From Syntrophomonas sp. UBA4807 (lineage in GTDB: Bacteria > Bacillota > Syntrophomonadia > Syntrophomonadales > Syntrophomonadaceae), in the NCBI GenBank assembly GCA_002402575.1, contig DHGD01000149.1, positions 1-52,423 of the forward strand: a stretch of DNA of 52,423 nucleotides, written 5' to 3'. This document shows, one piece after another, positions 27,101 through 30,992 of the stretch. A program made the translations under genes and the position numbers. The notes beneath the pieces were generated by a model. The model did not search any database, was not told the origin of the DNA, and saw nothing but the letters and a program-made list of their open reading frames with translations. The stretch's first letter is position 1, and the number at the start of each line of letters is the position of its first letter.

Positions 27101-30100
27101 CTATAACCAGCATTAGGGGTGATATGAACAATTATGCTGTCACCTTCATCCCCATAGATGGGGCTGGTATAAAAGGTGCCCGCAGCTGCGTTGATATTGC
27201 TGCTGGTTATGGTAAATCGCTTGGGATCAAAGGTGGCTCCCAGGGTAACAGAGCTGCCGTCGTTAGGCATGGTAAAGGAATATTGTTCACCCGTCTTGGC
27301 CAGCACGGTACCGTTTACGGTTATGCTATTCAGCGTATAGCCATCCGACACGTTGGGAGTGATAACAATGGTGGCGCCCGGAGTCTGGTCCGCTGCGGCG
27401 GTTTTGTCAATTATCAGGAAACCGTTCTGCGTGGTGGCAAAGGTTACTTTGCCCTGAGTGCGCCCTTCGTAGGTCATACCGGTATTGCCTGGCGCTGCTC
27501 CGGCATTGGCTACTCCAGTGGCGCCGGTGCTGGTTCGCTTGATAGGAGACCCGTCAGCCAGGGTTTCATCAACCATGGAACCGATGGCATGCAGGGCCAG
27601 CGTTCCTCCGCATTCGATGGTTCCAGTGGTATTTATAAAGGCCTTGTTGGTGTTTTCCGCATAGGTTACCGCCAGTGCTCCCACCAGCTGGGTGCTGCTG
27701 GTGCTGCTGGAGTCAGCGCTGCCTCCGGTACTGCCTGCGGTACCGGTATTGACCAGGTTGCCTGCCCCGGTATTGGTGCTGCCGGTTGAATCCGTGCCAT
27801 TGAGCCTGGAAGTGACCCCGGTCATACCCTCGCTGCCGCGCTGACCGCTCTGGCCATTGGTGGTAGTGGTAGAGGATTTGGTTAAGAGGCTGCTGACTTT
27901 ATTAATAAGGTTAGCCAATGAAAATGATGTTCCCCCATCATCGGGATTTGAGGTGGCCTTATTGCTGACCCGCTCAAAGGCTGATGAGTTAAGGGCTAAA
28001 CCTCCCCTGGCATCAGCCGTGGCATTTTCTGTGATTGAGGCAAACACGTTTTGCACCGCCACCGAGATGGCAAAGAATCCACCTGACTGGCCGGGGGTCT
28101 GTGGCGTGGATCCGGATGATCCGCTGTCTGCCTGAGCTTTGGGACCGGAAGCGGAAGTGGTTATATTGGTCCAGCCATAGGCAGAAGCAATAATGTCACC
28201 TTCAGCGTCTATACCAGTGTTGCCTTTAATATCCACACAGGAATCGTTCACCACCGCCGAGACCGCCAGAGTAAAGGGCAGTAAGCCCGAAACCGCACTG
28301 GTTTCCAGGGTTACATCAGAATCGGCATTTAAGAATATTCCGCCCTGGGTGGCTTTCATCCTGGCATTGCCCGTGCTGGTAATTTTGGCATCAGATACTA
28401 CTACACCAACTGCCAGGGGAATCCCAAAAGCAGCCAGGTTATCATTCAGAGCCGAGACATTGACCAGCGCATCAGCCACTGCGTGTATGGCTGCAGCTTC
28501 GATAGTTCCTTGGATGTCAATTTCAGCCTTGCCTACTTTAACCGCCACAAAATTGATATTCAAGGTGTCGGCATACTCCGGACCGAACCTGGCAGTAAGC
28601 TCTTCCAGGGTGGGGACAAGCGGTTTAGTCTGTTTGCTGCCGGCTTCCAGGTTAACGGTTTGGACAGCAGTCAGGCTGGCAGTCGCCGCAATATTAATAA
28701 CAGCGTCACTGACGATATCGAACAGGCTGGCTTCCAAAGCATAATCATCAGCCTCATCGGTAAGATCGTTGTCCACGATTTCCAGGGCGTGGCTGTCAGT
28801 ATTCTTCACTTTGATGGAGATATTTTTGCCGGTGACCGTCCCAACGATGGTGACGCTGCCAGACTGGTTAAGGCTGCTGTCAGCCCCGGAAATTACGATA
28901 TTGACATGGGGCGTCCACACATTACCGACTGTAACATCTCTGCCCTTGATCACCAGGTTGGTCAGGAAGGTGCCGCTGCCGGTGGTGTTGGCGTAGTTGA
29001 CCGTACCGTTGTCGCCGTCCAGGATATAATCGGTGAAGCTGACAAAGTCAGTGCCGGCCAGGAGGTCACCGATATTAACGGTATGCTTGTTGTCCAGTTC
29101 GTCAGTGACTGCCTCTACCCCGCTCATACTCACCGATAAGGCGCTTGTCAGCCGGGAGATGGCGGCGGCATCATTAAAGACGCTAATTTCGGCCAGGGTG
29201 CCCATCTCCACCAGACTGGCATTGCCGCTAAGATTATTGTTAACGCTGTCATATTCCTGCAGCTTTCCAATGAGGTTGGTGCGGTCATAAGCGTTACCGC
29301 CGTCAACCACCACATCAACACTGCGGAAACTGCTGAAGGAGACAGTAGTATCAACATTGATTAAATCATCACCGTCACCCCCATAAAGGAGGATAGTGGT
29401 GCCGTTGCTGGCTAGGGATTTGGTCTGCTCCATAAACTCTTGAATAATGGGGCTTAATAACACTGTGGCCAGACCGAGTTCCATGCCTCCGTCAACAGTG
29501 ACGGTGTCTGCGCCGGCACCGCCATTAACGTTCAAATCAGTGGCTGAAAGATCCAGGGAAAATTCTGCCCCGCTGGGAGTGGTATTAGCTTGCTCGTCGC
29601 CGGTAGTGGAGATATCGGTGCTGTTGATCAGGGTAATGGTTATTTCATCATCTCCCTGGCCACCGTCGATCACCGCATGCAGCCGGGAGCTGCCCCCAAC
29701 ACCAGACAGGCCATTACTTATTGCCTCACTAATCAAACTTTCACCGCTCTCGGTCAAGGCTCCGGTATCGGTATCGAATCCTTCACCCCTCGTCAGCGAA
29801 ACCGTTACCGTAGGGCTTTGCTTTACGGATAAATCGAGAACGTCGTCTCCTCCGCCCATATCTATGGTTACACTATCGGTGACTCCACTCAGCTCGAGCT
29901 TGACTTCGTCGCTCAGTCCGGTGCCGTAATAGGCGACATTGTCAGCATCAGACACTTTTATGGTGTTTTTCAAGGACAGATAAATACCCGCCAGTAAAAC
30001 ATCAATGCCTTCAAAATTCAGGTCGCCTTCGACCCCGACCCCTCCGGCAGAATTGGCATTGGCAGTTATTTCGCCACTGCTCTCATCCTTGGTGAAAGCG

Positions 30101-30930
30101 TCAGCAGCAATGATGCTGTACAATACATTGTCAGCAGGAGTTGCAACCTCTCCTTCCGACTCCCCTTCAGCGGGGGCGGGAGCGGTAATTTGGATGGCGC
30201 CGGTATATACGCCGTTGTTTACGATGATGGTGACATTGCTGGCCGCAGTGGCTTTGGCCGCCTCTATAGCTTGCTGAATGGCATTTTGAGTAGCGGTATT
30301 TTCGTAAACGGTTGCTTCGCTGCCGAATATGTAAGCCGACCCCTCAGGAATCTGATATTCCGGAACCGTTTCCACCGCGGGGGCTTCTATGCCTGTGGGG
30401 GTTGCCTCCTCTTCTTCGGTCGCCGCCATAAGCATCATCTCGCCGCCGCTGCCCTCTTCAGTGCCGTCATCTTCAAACGGCAACCCCATGGCGGTAAATA
30501 TTATTTCGTCGCTGCCATCAGTGCTGCCCGAATTTAGGTCTGTGCCGTCTTCTTCCTCACTGCTTCCCTGGGGAACGTCTGAGCCTTCGGAACTGCCGCT
30601 ATCCCCAGGCATGGTGCTGCTGATATCTGCAGAGACATCCTCACTGCCCTCTGTAACATCTTCACCACTTCCCCCGTTATCTCCGCCCAATGAGTCGGAA
30701 CTGTCGCCGCTCTCCTGGTCGCTTAAAGTGGCATCGCTTTGATCGCTATAGCTGCTGCCTCCGCTGCTGACGATGCTGTTATCACTGGAAGTAACCTCCG
30801 AAAGGGCAGACTGCTCCCCTTCAACAGCCAAAGCAGACGAGTTAAAACTGAATAACAGCAGCACGATTAACATTGCGCTGGCCAGTATTCCCCAACTAAT
30901 GGCTGTTCTCTTCCTGGTGATAACTTTCAT
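3184..30930 (-). CDS. giant (9,248 aa) secreted, SLH-anchored filamentous cell-surface protein
   Basis: One uninterrupted ORF of 27,747 nt. GGAAGG RBS 7 nt upstream of the ATG. Signal peptide MKVITRKRTAISWGILASAMLIVLLLFSFNSSALA. Kilobases of repeats of the form xGVGxAxAVxxxxNxxxAxIxxxAxIxAxGxVxVxA (e.g. GVGVAVAINIVTYENTAYVGD, VGVGAAFAILYAENKVLVILGD). Three C-terminal SLH motifs and a terminator downstream. Confidence 0.92.
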   Translation of the reverse strand: MKVITRKRTAISWGILASAMLIVLLLFSFNSSALAVEGEQSALSEVTSSDNSIVSSGGSSYSDQSDATLSDQESGDSSDSLGGDNGGSGEDVTEGSEDVSADISSTMPGDSGSSEGSDVPQGSSEEEDGTDLNSGSTDGSDEIIFTAMGLPFEDDGTEEGSGGEMMLMAATEEEEATPTGIEAPAVETVPEYQIPEGSAYIFGSEATVYENTATQNAIQQAIEAAKATAASNVTIIVNNGVYTGAIQITAPAPAEGESEGEVATPADNVLYSIIAADAFTKDESSGEITANANSAGGVGVEGDLNFEGIDVLLAGIYLSLKNTIKVSDADNVAYYGTGLSDEVKLELSGVTDSVTIDMGGGDDVLDLSVKQSPTVTVSLTRGEGFDTDTGALTESGESLISEAISNGLSGVGGSSRLHAVIDGGQGDDEITITLINSTDISTTGDEQANTTPSGAEFSLDLSATDLNVNGGAGADTVTVDGGMELGLATVLLSPIIQEFMEQTKSLASNGTTILLYGGDGDDLINVDTTVSFSSFRSVDVVVDGGNAYDRTNLIGKLQEYDSVNNNLSGNASLVEMGTLAEISVFNDAAAISRLTSALSVSMSGVEAVTDELDNKHTVNIGDLLAGTDFVSFTDYILDGDNGTVNYANTTGSGTFLTNLVIKGRDVTVGNVWTPHVNIVISGADSSLNQSGSVTIVGTVTGKNISIKVKNTDSHALEIVDNDLTDEADDYALEASLFDIVSDAVINIAATASLTAVQTVNLEAGSKQTKPLVPTLEELTARFGPEYADTLNINFVAVKVGKAEIDIQGTIEAAAIHAVADALVNVSALNDNLAAFGIPLAVGVVVSDAKITSTGNARMKATQGGIFLNADSDVTLETSAVSGLLPFTLAVSAVVNDSCVDIKGNTGIDAEGDIIASAYGWTNITTSASGPKAQADSGSSGSTPQTPGQSGGFFAISVAVQNVFASITENATADARGGLALNSSAFERVSNKATSNPDDGGTSFSLANLINKVSSLLTKSSTTTTNGQSGQRGSEGMTGVTSRLNGTDSTGSTNTGAGNLVNTGTAGSTGGSADSSSTSSTQLVGALAVTYAENTNKAFINTTGTIECGGTLALHAIGSMVDETLADGSPIKRTSTGATGVANAGAAPGNTGMTYEGRTQGKVTFATTQNGFLIIDKTAAADQTPGATIVITPNVSDGYTLNSITVNGTVLAKTGEQYSFTMPNDGSSVTLGATFDPKRFTITSSNINAAAGTFYTSPIYGDEGDSIIVHITPNAGYSVTEVLVTYTGAAGSETTFAAQQVEGQTNQYRLTMPAANVIVKVNFEGVAKELYLDNIINGTVTVKDKDGNVIVSNDPANTVLSAQVQVGTALYVEIIAAEGYRLKANSLKIGTTTIIPTAAGIYQFSMPNTDAARIGLGAIFEAGSATKPTASRTGSIALGVGVAVTVVNYNNEAFVSAASTPIKAGGLDITALSANLSSAAISRAGFTAADLGLAGALTVHVLKAQNSAELNEDIILSGGSLNVKADVSQSKLVTVADAAGKSGNSNVSKGTTAGSPSSDSVGIGAGIAIAVIGVDSFANIGDAVSIRRALDETVLDAMNVTASYNGSEKMTAKAGASGGTAIVPVLALDISGIYVDANTGTNNSDALLIFGGDVNITAANQITRNILADAAAVGGGVGAGGTFIIDIINDSATATQGRSIRGRKVYVKADSVSRLTANGKASASGATSTTTTGSTASNTSSTDSGTLSGDSTDSGDPDPDPDPDPDDPYDGISNLFEEGGETTPPEEDDYSEDFANLFKEGEADAIADDNTQAASNMADAAGTKNVTGSSVNSLTANRQKAETSEGSVQLAATFTLNIQKNISRVVIADGIVVESEGEIVISSKNDTDAAIVANASATNSTTGVGVAVAINIVTYENTAYVGDCKLKGTSLTISADIYEEEAKKTLEELVGQLLEILNAAELANGVLEELNGPGTTLETYIKDQITSRGITLPEGTSLDEMAAALAPVIAARLQASLNGTDVADSVNEDFQDVVMDTISYIAAGLADAQVLVNVVKNNPAYFQATLEKFKDPQQRNDIIALAVKAIAAILGSNDELDGIGHKISTQTVSGVGAANVGVAGSAAISVVNGLTQAVIADRSALREGEDINISGDIIITANGAQKVYTTASSSADGKGRADKNKAATNGSTATNNGTADTTSASGSGTTSGSPDNKTVGVGAAFALSIADLTVYAGIGCNRRVDAASIKISSLAQNDLDTVSVSGSDPVARSAATNSGSSSGSTSTTTPKDISVDASVSVSLIQNDVKAYVGQGSQINTTAAADTIETDKVGEKVNFYLYARQSGETQTNASGFAVGNSTSVGAAVAVNIALSTVVASFAGHGTINGRAKVAAATYDEDEANALAVAMGADLDRYLSKFRAAQNLKTNNTNGTSTSTAGNNTSSLISGRLSSTGSSGGSEVSSTLPVSTNALHAQNASSTSTSQASASANDGNLSSIINETASGSSSNGGATTGSTVGGTLSGSNTDSSAQNSQKVHVAAAVGVNVTQHEALASISGSLAAKTIDAITTNNGNFSTVGTGVAATLMQNSNSIGVGVAVSVNKNAARVAIDGAVTAADGDITADAELTQNMDGVYRGKYGALGISGSISGSGGKAGVAGSLAIVVAGGESSVIIADGSVLTALNGHINLEATDKSKLSAAAMAAVLSKGTTVGVGAAFAILYAENKVLVILGDDVEVTAQSFTMNAEKKPVTISDWGLPFELSELFTADAASGQEGIINVTTNGTGSNKFGVTMNVKTEDLVDIAQLTSFLGSVNYYASAAAGTIVGGTDSKLAMAGSVSMLFQNSETAATIGDRAKITITSGDFDITASSDNNARIIGGALSVSSATAGVGLNVAVITNNDLVTATIGADGSVNVAAGNVNISAKSDVDAWSITVAAAVKTGGSGSGATVGGGLTVIVSENQVLAMAGNRSVIDAAGNVAIKAANDAYLLLVSASVAVDASSGSGVAAGGTVAVIVTGNQAQALLGEYAEIISGGEVTISSSNIEKLISTLASASGASQGTAVAGSVNVLVTNAKSVAAVGDFARITADGDVNVKAESNSKMITVLVGVAVSGSGAAVGATISVNVFNRLTQATTGIEALLISRSGSVLVQAVSKDWTLVITAAGGISPSSTAISGNIQTTVAQNHTTSSLGDGSTIKAYDSVGIVADHASNVYLAAANASMAGGTGVGATIVTAVLRNEVNASAGNNTDVTAYALATGSEAGILTPNRQNRRKGIIVSAQGSEQILMLGIGASGASSAAVSGVIDTLVVMNRVNAHVGNNTRMRSGTSPSDDKDGDGSEDGESSPGDIYIEADDASIIYNFGGAVAVSGSTGVGATIVTVVFDKEVKASVGLSGSTTATGNITVSAKASDDLNLVAVTFSAGSNVSVGLGGSVLIFMNDVTAELGGTVQAGGSIDVQAVSDEFLLNIAAAISVGGSAGVGGAAVVTYFTGKTIAKVVAGAMVDVTGLMTVAAESIEFVSADVAGVSGGGTAGVSGSVDIVITEVVTQAYTEGATETTAGVCINAGSLTLKATDDYEFVGVAVSAAIGGTAGVGVTAMLTIASNTVTAYIGEANRITTTAGDVTLLASSNRDLHMYAGTLAVGGNAGVGVTLMVAVIGGKLNQDASDSLQSGTDEDGNSVNTFDPHAVMGDQSAKSPGVTGAYYQEYDGDRLANKLQGDGSKVSDDNTGHEEYVYEKDTNGNLVKVQKKDNGGNLMFDEYGRPIWETQIVFDGTTGYRDPSFNEEYQDGDQPGAEFEADEESNADLNNAGKLGETQPDYNPSDSTSAFIGQNAVVRSAEDILVSAHDNMTADMVTATVAGGAYAGVGVGMAVGILYSNVLAYVEDGAVLSAAGDITVYARGGSTPVAADPDKNAALEGAINAQNSEDTEDVTVADLTIRAISFTGAGGFAGVGVAAGVVVLNSNVKAYIEGDVIKADSLTVKAVSDYPQVIAATLAGSGGVVGVSVSVATVAFNGSVSSAIVGDAQIGVPGEAGYEVGDVNVLSQATTDATTLAAAISAGGVAVNGALSLAINRSLIETFIGQGVSLKSTGNVKVLATVDTEADAYIVGAALGGGVTVGLSAAISILDPTILTYIGTTPYKSTPTAGASTGTTGSLRAVDVTVQNNTNTTASSTVLSVSGLSSVAVNGNVLLVFNNTVAYAAINQMPVAAAGDVNVDAYMISQADSFLAAATVGMTAVGVTVSYVRLASTNLAMLDTTGVTMRARNFNVFAGRDGEGQRNKSSAESTAIAGSVGLISVNINAAIADNDTINKAVITGSGNLTADNALNVGAHGNAAAEAKVIGISAGAISVAASVAVSLLRSEQSALISGGHIKAGSLAVISKLNDNATEASSVANLITGSGGLITVTANVAVAYGRSQSLATVNALSVDVTGGNIAVGSYGKADVLSGITNLSVSAVTANVMVGVAYSQARFEAIVNIPQNNSIKADTLIVETIYTANATADVTPSAGGVQASYATIGINLALATASSQASAALTGAGILTTDLVKVNADGTATAHALTRTPSISVNVINIAANIVAASSEAIQNASIVGVDIITGGDVQVTSTLNDGVGEGASAELGSNFDQAGYNALDGAGVDFSLFSAKINIAKAIANAVNYAYITGASLGAEGTPAGKLDVKVNSKSYAVAAIQESASSIGLISLGLTTLYAEAKGDFRAYIDTTGGVINAVAINVDNTYTSGAEAETAQAIGGVHAALADIKGNIAVSKVTTNAEAAIKGNGILSASGTINVTVTGIADAQSGVMTPTVSISGIKIAANILTATLEAVQKAYIENVTVKQAGATTVSSTLNASPANGARAILGSAAGSLGSDISYYGVTSSSAIAVSNSQNYAYVNGASFGDQSHMTGALTVISNGSSIANADISEGATSAGYMSMGTALLYARANGNYQAYVNTVALLNVESLSVTNTYTASAKAKTTQPVGGTFSGMEINTNIALASVGIIAEASIRGNGIINSPGLVKVQATGKATADAGVVTPIITISGIKIAVNVIEATLEAVQKAYINSAEVNAGSVQVGSTLNDQNETGAVAQLGSSAGGIGANVSLIGVEVHYAKATANNTNHAYVSGADITSQGAITVQSMARSYANASVNQNAVSLGLLTLGVTVLEATAQGNYAAYVLDSDLSGGNLTVNNNFTSVANAIASQPSFGVGVAVISALDNCADADTATIASAYIQNSNATIGTGNVSVGVQGTVSAYSAVESPTIKINGVKVAVSIAKASLSVLQKAYISGSSVMTSGNVNVYSWQNQDSETAGAIASLGGNGGSADADISLVGGAANIATATANATNLAYVTGTNLGSLEQKNGNLTIEAKANSYAKAGFINDNVTLTLASLGILTMTADAKGVFGAYLDSTDATLYVNELAITNAYKAISTAKSTQPGNGVGVRLVAGNVNYATATTATDASAFITGSGIINAAGINIQVTGTGSTATADIDAAKVNLSLAAQVAANVALSSLKVIQNAYISGSGTIEASGPVSVLSIIKSTSSSAEAGANGGANVSLATADLSMTKAESASTVNAYIEGYVTIVTQGDVSVGADLGGTVTSRAQAPDTSVTLLSLGVVKVTAAFTQDAVKAWIAGNANVTGSSVDVIANASGTATAIAEQPNTTVSAANVNGIYSEAKVDSRTVSAYIGSNATVISTGTAADDGVNVAAASTTVLSAYSNHSTNISLVGVGKYTIKTYVLNHSTTAVINGKVSARQNIWLSASDSITAAASTSASNAGLASEGSSTATSTIASQTGATTVGAGAWLEAQGDISIYSTTISNLTATVNANAVALGDFGSVSAATALNNRNTTFTAGDGARVVSRYGDIYISVLADTAKQNATATMGGYGLVSGGSGPESSAYLKTNTTATIGSGVVITALFGDLGINASSKNDIYAYAYRHMGTLAGSNQSKASITAIEDTIVTIGSSGAQSYLNSRNTDISSYLYQKLHAYAVSYTVSAGSLTEAKSYVTVTDKTEVNINNAFVGGIDTLDIHAAVIDMYIHSESYAEIIGLTGKVYATSSAGGSSMAVVNVAQGANLASQKMFIKAESPVITDQVVFRDATAKGNTVVNYVWKTIQRTVDKLVKWVSKIPIIGWFVKWVWTKVTEWVDVLVKEILYSDEKEYREGTMSSTGKVTINGAVHLGGAAAGMFVDIKEDGTVVYSGLDDAFAETAVLSSENNTVTLDKLYNQDLGELTITASSSGAINGSITVFNNDYLPNLVVNNWSAYDLILGQIAAVNGQLGSPTLNMGNGVSFVLDTEIPHLTVVSHQDSDLTFSRSVDVGDGNVNLIMAGGDVNTAANEGQGKPAAVWANRLIVENAGNIGNAANGFNAYILDIPEIPGTTGIIKTMPARPTYIALQALKDIYAAFTHVIVNLESTQRTVSPILTLDRIEAGGIADLLIKAPHELVYQGNANLNESIDVSQPGRRDTLVRLDGSQDELVINDTLGTETSYTLLPNGMIKTNQGLTIRGAHYYVGDSGMSGDSGETQIAHYYLPSGDILAVDRTSGRIVNVITFDNRVYDLDAISFIDGESQDTIQFKQEKFNVVYSYDSNGHLTGVNIEISAQNLANGGVTIYVETEASELGWSLPDGTRVYYKNAFLKDGTEVQPVFLGMKGSNFLYVLEPLYSERSFYHVVEFQVVDGESTFVQGYIYTRDELNNAAVVNLGRDMSLKQAKDEATNVLNSYSSSSFSAASIPELVAAEVEANLQSKLTNNWKFTVQVRFTTKDITVTIGEGEEQTTETRTIIDDVMIDINLTEDVPAGETPETALVYKIIDVVGSEYQTTLTGEALSYTTESTAGSKSAEAALGSEFGAGVLGSRSGTIYIIKQDGAVVGLTVKNGAYYYDLLYNQDYQAYVVKPATYTGNEKKLYEELLGRYFVLSAEESTITVFELDQTGSGQSTITKDQYGNILASSLNGGYHVVNGGYLFVDNATTTDANSGILYLVDRAVVVTTDGHVYPVAVEGNAISGDISAETISFSQHMTQRTDSYGRLVYSKLQYQYRDPDDNQIKYFMSSGPGDAVYDEIDTRLDLAGYYYSNSLVAATSYRTVNETWYEGYYYDTDSIPVYYLRQPKTNASGDILYSVFNIMTGRYLEGEFTASEAESYSGMSWLYQVTPIYRDIEGLTIVRPVEDGFTVTYTDPCSFSIPVDQNGYGVIAKDKRVLLEDDGTFPAGTVLYLEENQAVTALFTPQGEFYLYQQGTSYTAGIPDDQEIYTAYRGESSGATLDLIAYLAPGSQLMLHEVMTGLYMATPGQDDISFLEAAAMAVTMNSFYADADYFGFNALGDLVLLDKEILDILYESSGEADADFDGAAMMNIYNPQGGLLLTILELTDGRIAFLFEDNTWIDSEGNTGFIPRPVNRTLESFDSDSQVRVNSITADNVNLRFAGANTTLTDNGDASNINVISDNVVIVAEDSGNIFSSDNPLVIAPNLSDTVNLRLIKTSAGGAYDASANVVASGAGDNVNLHDTEMAWGGFLDLTVAAGNALMNNVGINQGGEINLTVGVGNISMEDVAVSGDLTAATMSGNVDMNEVNINSTGNVAVSSGVGDVTVDQAVSDGTLQITASNGSLLMQDEGSIITIGPNSTAGEGDTWVDIGGDIGTATLPFKINILLDGDGEAQPFIIKNVVNLFLAQDTGIDPDDNTLPTYGRDENGNTANHDEATNSMLIDDQIVNVVMPAQSASEIAAQLSNGTLTEDELLALISGILTGDEIRSLLGIDEAAVESVVMSLNAMDAAELASLVDNLGLGVADPEPQLDLTVLNGNDPVQLVSLAVKLGLPETATKNDILVELRQQLGLSVKATVTQIQSAYQTYYSGVVQQYRGEVIASYRASINAILNADSGLSDDELRYLLDLGLSETEAAMAALLAGALDAQQPVVTGVDGSGNPVYLQAVDEIGNPLFSNGVDEFGNPIQIPVYVIESRIADSNLFKAYWESLTEDQKLNLIEAAWALADYPVPENDAEKIRVLMVNIGKSTGDSSMENMGDIIVTQQDGTFTAAEIVSTYGDVAITSPDIAGVNGKTNIYGEDIELTATSGGITGLNVDEKSWPPTTIANITDENKSNQDYGQTGNSTWILARNAETGQVEMHFAIDYTTVRDLDIESAAKITAAAPGDIEITELTGDMGVNVINSSSGSVTLTTPGSIYDVRAEDEHAPNITAATGGTITALAGTAGTNQDYIDTDINGTVHIITNGDININNSDSLTLIADSVSGQVNANAAGDLDLSNTIGDLLIGFVSAAGKSVITSVAGIAAGDRLGHDANVWAANISFIAQDGGIGTDQVPLTIDSDAAEGGKLSASAAGGAININELIGDLIIDVINASGNGTINIAAAGGIEVGTITSSGGGDVTLSAGSGSITETSTADTIAAAVGAKISAAQARSAADLAAAQALILQHYVTDLLPGILGRPAAQRALEDAIQELAAAEQNLLNIKANINAVQAALFDLQDEKAGLDEDLAHAQTALANAILFRDTLTDPDQIAAQDLIIAALQDDVSTAQAVVNSKQVQLNLKNAELGVLQEQNMEMETVTIPLLTLSRHDAQGIVNEIDLQLAQAQIDLVDAKTGQASSLEAAAVFLEGQAIEMMADALASGINTSGNLTLNLLSAGTIGSEDNALGLTTAGTLRITTGQGTTLYGLYIESGGDLFLAPVIVNGDVHIDSLGDIRGMTGYSGTDITADNAGLNSLLGDVGASTDPLLTNVNQITAIGDNVYISNQKALTVDTVMGNNVDLDVAGSITSGAAAGGGNVSNIIAGQLTLEADGSIGSADNRLASAVDQLTVSAPELWLMNNSEQLTINRINTTGRTDLVAAGSVIDSGSARSINASELNINAFGNAGESVDNPLDVWVPGNKVTAASTYGSVYLTNWFKEGGGGGGGGIKPPVTLIDPQTGVTVTGKGISTTARLVVTEATEHQEETCRVCKFIRELVTSGKALVNYDISLTRAFKGSVTVSIPVGAEYEGQLLTVLSCKDGKLSSFEVMAKGGVVSFETNTLAAYAVLGGKYRIIAHSGQYTLVDGQIVPMAQGQFKDVGTADWYFAAIAYVYAMNIMEGIAEDLFDPKGTTTRAMLTTILYRLEGRPTVAGYTSFSDVEGSLWYTDAITWAEANGIIDGYGNSRFGPNDPITREQITAVLYRYTAGKGKDVRARGELKSFRDAAKVSDYALGAMRWAVGQGLIQGKDNSYIDPTAPATRAEIAAIIHRYLEIYGGMLVVDDDLLGLNN
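3190..3770 (-). other. three S-layer homology (SLH) domains, C-terminal cell-wall anchor
   Basis: FKDVGTADWYFAAIAYVYAMNIMEGIAEDLFDPKGTTTRAMLTTILYRL; FSDVEGSLWYTDAITWAEANGIIDGYGNSRFGPNDPITREQITAVLYRY; FRDAAKVSDYALGAMRWAVGQGLIQGKDNSYIDPTAPATRAEIAAIIHRY. All three match the F.DV...W....I......G...G.....F.P....TR.E consensus. Confidence 0.9.
5075..5720 (-). other. ~215-aa predicted coiled-coil segment of the giant protein
   Basis: Ala/Gln/Leu/Asp/Glu-rich and Gly/Pro-poor: AAQARSAADLAAAQALILQ...AIQELAAAEQNLLNIKANINAVQAALFDLQDEKAGLDEDLAHAQTAL...QLNLKNAELGVLQEQNMEME...IDLQLAQAQIDLVDAKTGQASSLEAAAVFLEGQAIEMMADALASG. It is flanked on both sides by beta-helix-type repeats. Confidence 0.6.
14200..18100 (-). 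repeat. about six tandem ~230-aa super-repeats inside the giant ORF
   Basis: A recurring anchor peptide recurs with a 665-720 nt period. It reads AVSLLRSEQSALI near 17850, AASSEAIQNASI near 17185, LTATLEAVQKAYI near 16465, IEATLEAVQKAYI near 15775, ASLSVLQKAYI near 15100 and LSSLKVIQNAYI near 14400. Conserved blocks recur between anchors (NxxNYAYVxGA, GNYxAYV, TNxYTxxAxAxTxQP, ISGIKIAxN). Confidence 0.8.
25640..25663 (-). repeat. (GGGTCA)x4 hexanucleotide repeat encoding (Pro-Asp)n linker
   Basis: The plus strand has gggtca four times in perfect tandem. The coding strand gives DPDPDPDPDPDDP inside a Ser/Thr/Asp-rich linker. Confidence 0.9.
26670..27455 (-). repeat. three tandem ~85-aa Ig-like modules (InlB B-repeat-like) inside the giant ORF
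   Basis: Repeated pattern: ITPNVSDGYTLNSITVNGTVLAKTGEQYSFTMPNDGSSVTLGATFDP; ITPNAGYSVTEVLVTYTG..YRLTMPAANVIVKVNFE; IIAAEGYRLKANSLKIGTTTIIPTAAGIYQFSMPNTDAARIGLGAIFE. Coordinates are approximate (+/-30 nt). Confidence 0.55.
30826..30930 (-). other. Sec signal peptide of the giant protein (35 aa, cleavage after SALA)
   Basis: Basic n-region (KVITRKR), hydrophobic core ILASAMLIVLLLFSF, then SSALA/VEGE. Confidence 0.75.
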
Positions 30931-30992
30931 GGCAATACCTTCCTTTTCCTTAGGTCTTTCATAGTTACCATATAAGTAGGTATTATGCGCTT

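Noticed and set aside
3181-30964. Dozens of 60-250-aa plus-strand ORFs (e.g. 3181-3921, 13723-14238, 26069-26590, 27037-27789, 28193-28744) plus nested minus-strand ORFs inside the giant gene
   Set aside because: All lie antisense to, or out of frame within, a 27.7-kb ORF with clear protein-like repeats. Their Ala/Pro/Ser/Thr/Val-rich translations are what the reverse complement of Gly/Ala/Val/Thr codons gives. They have no RBSs and no motifs.
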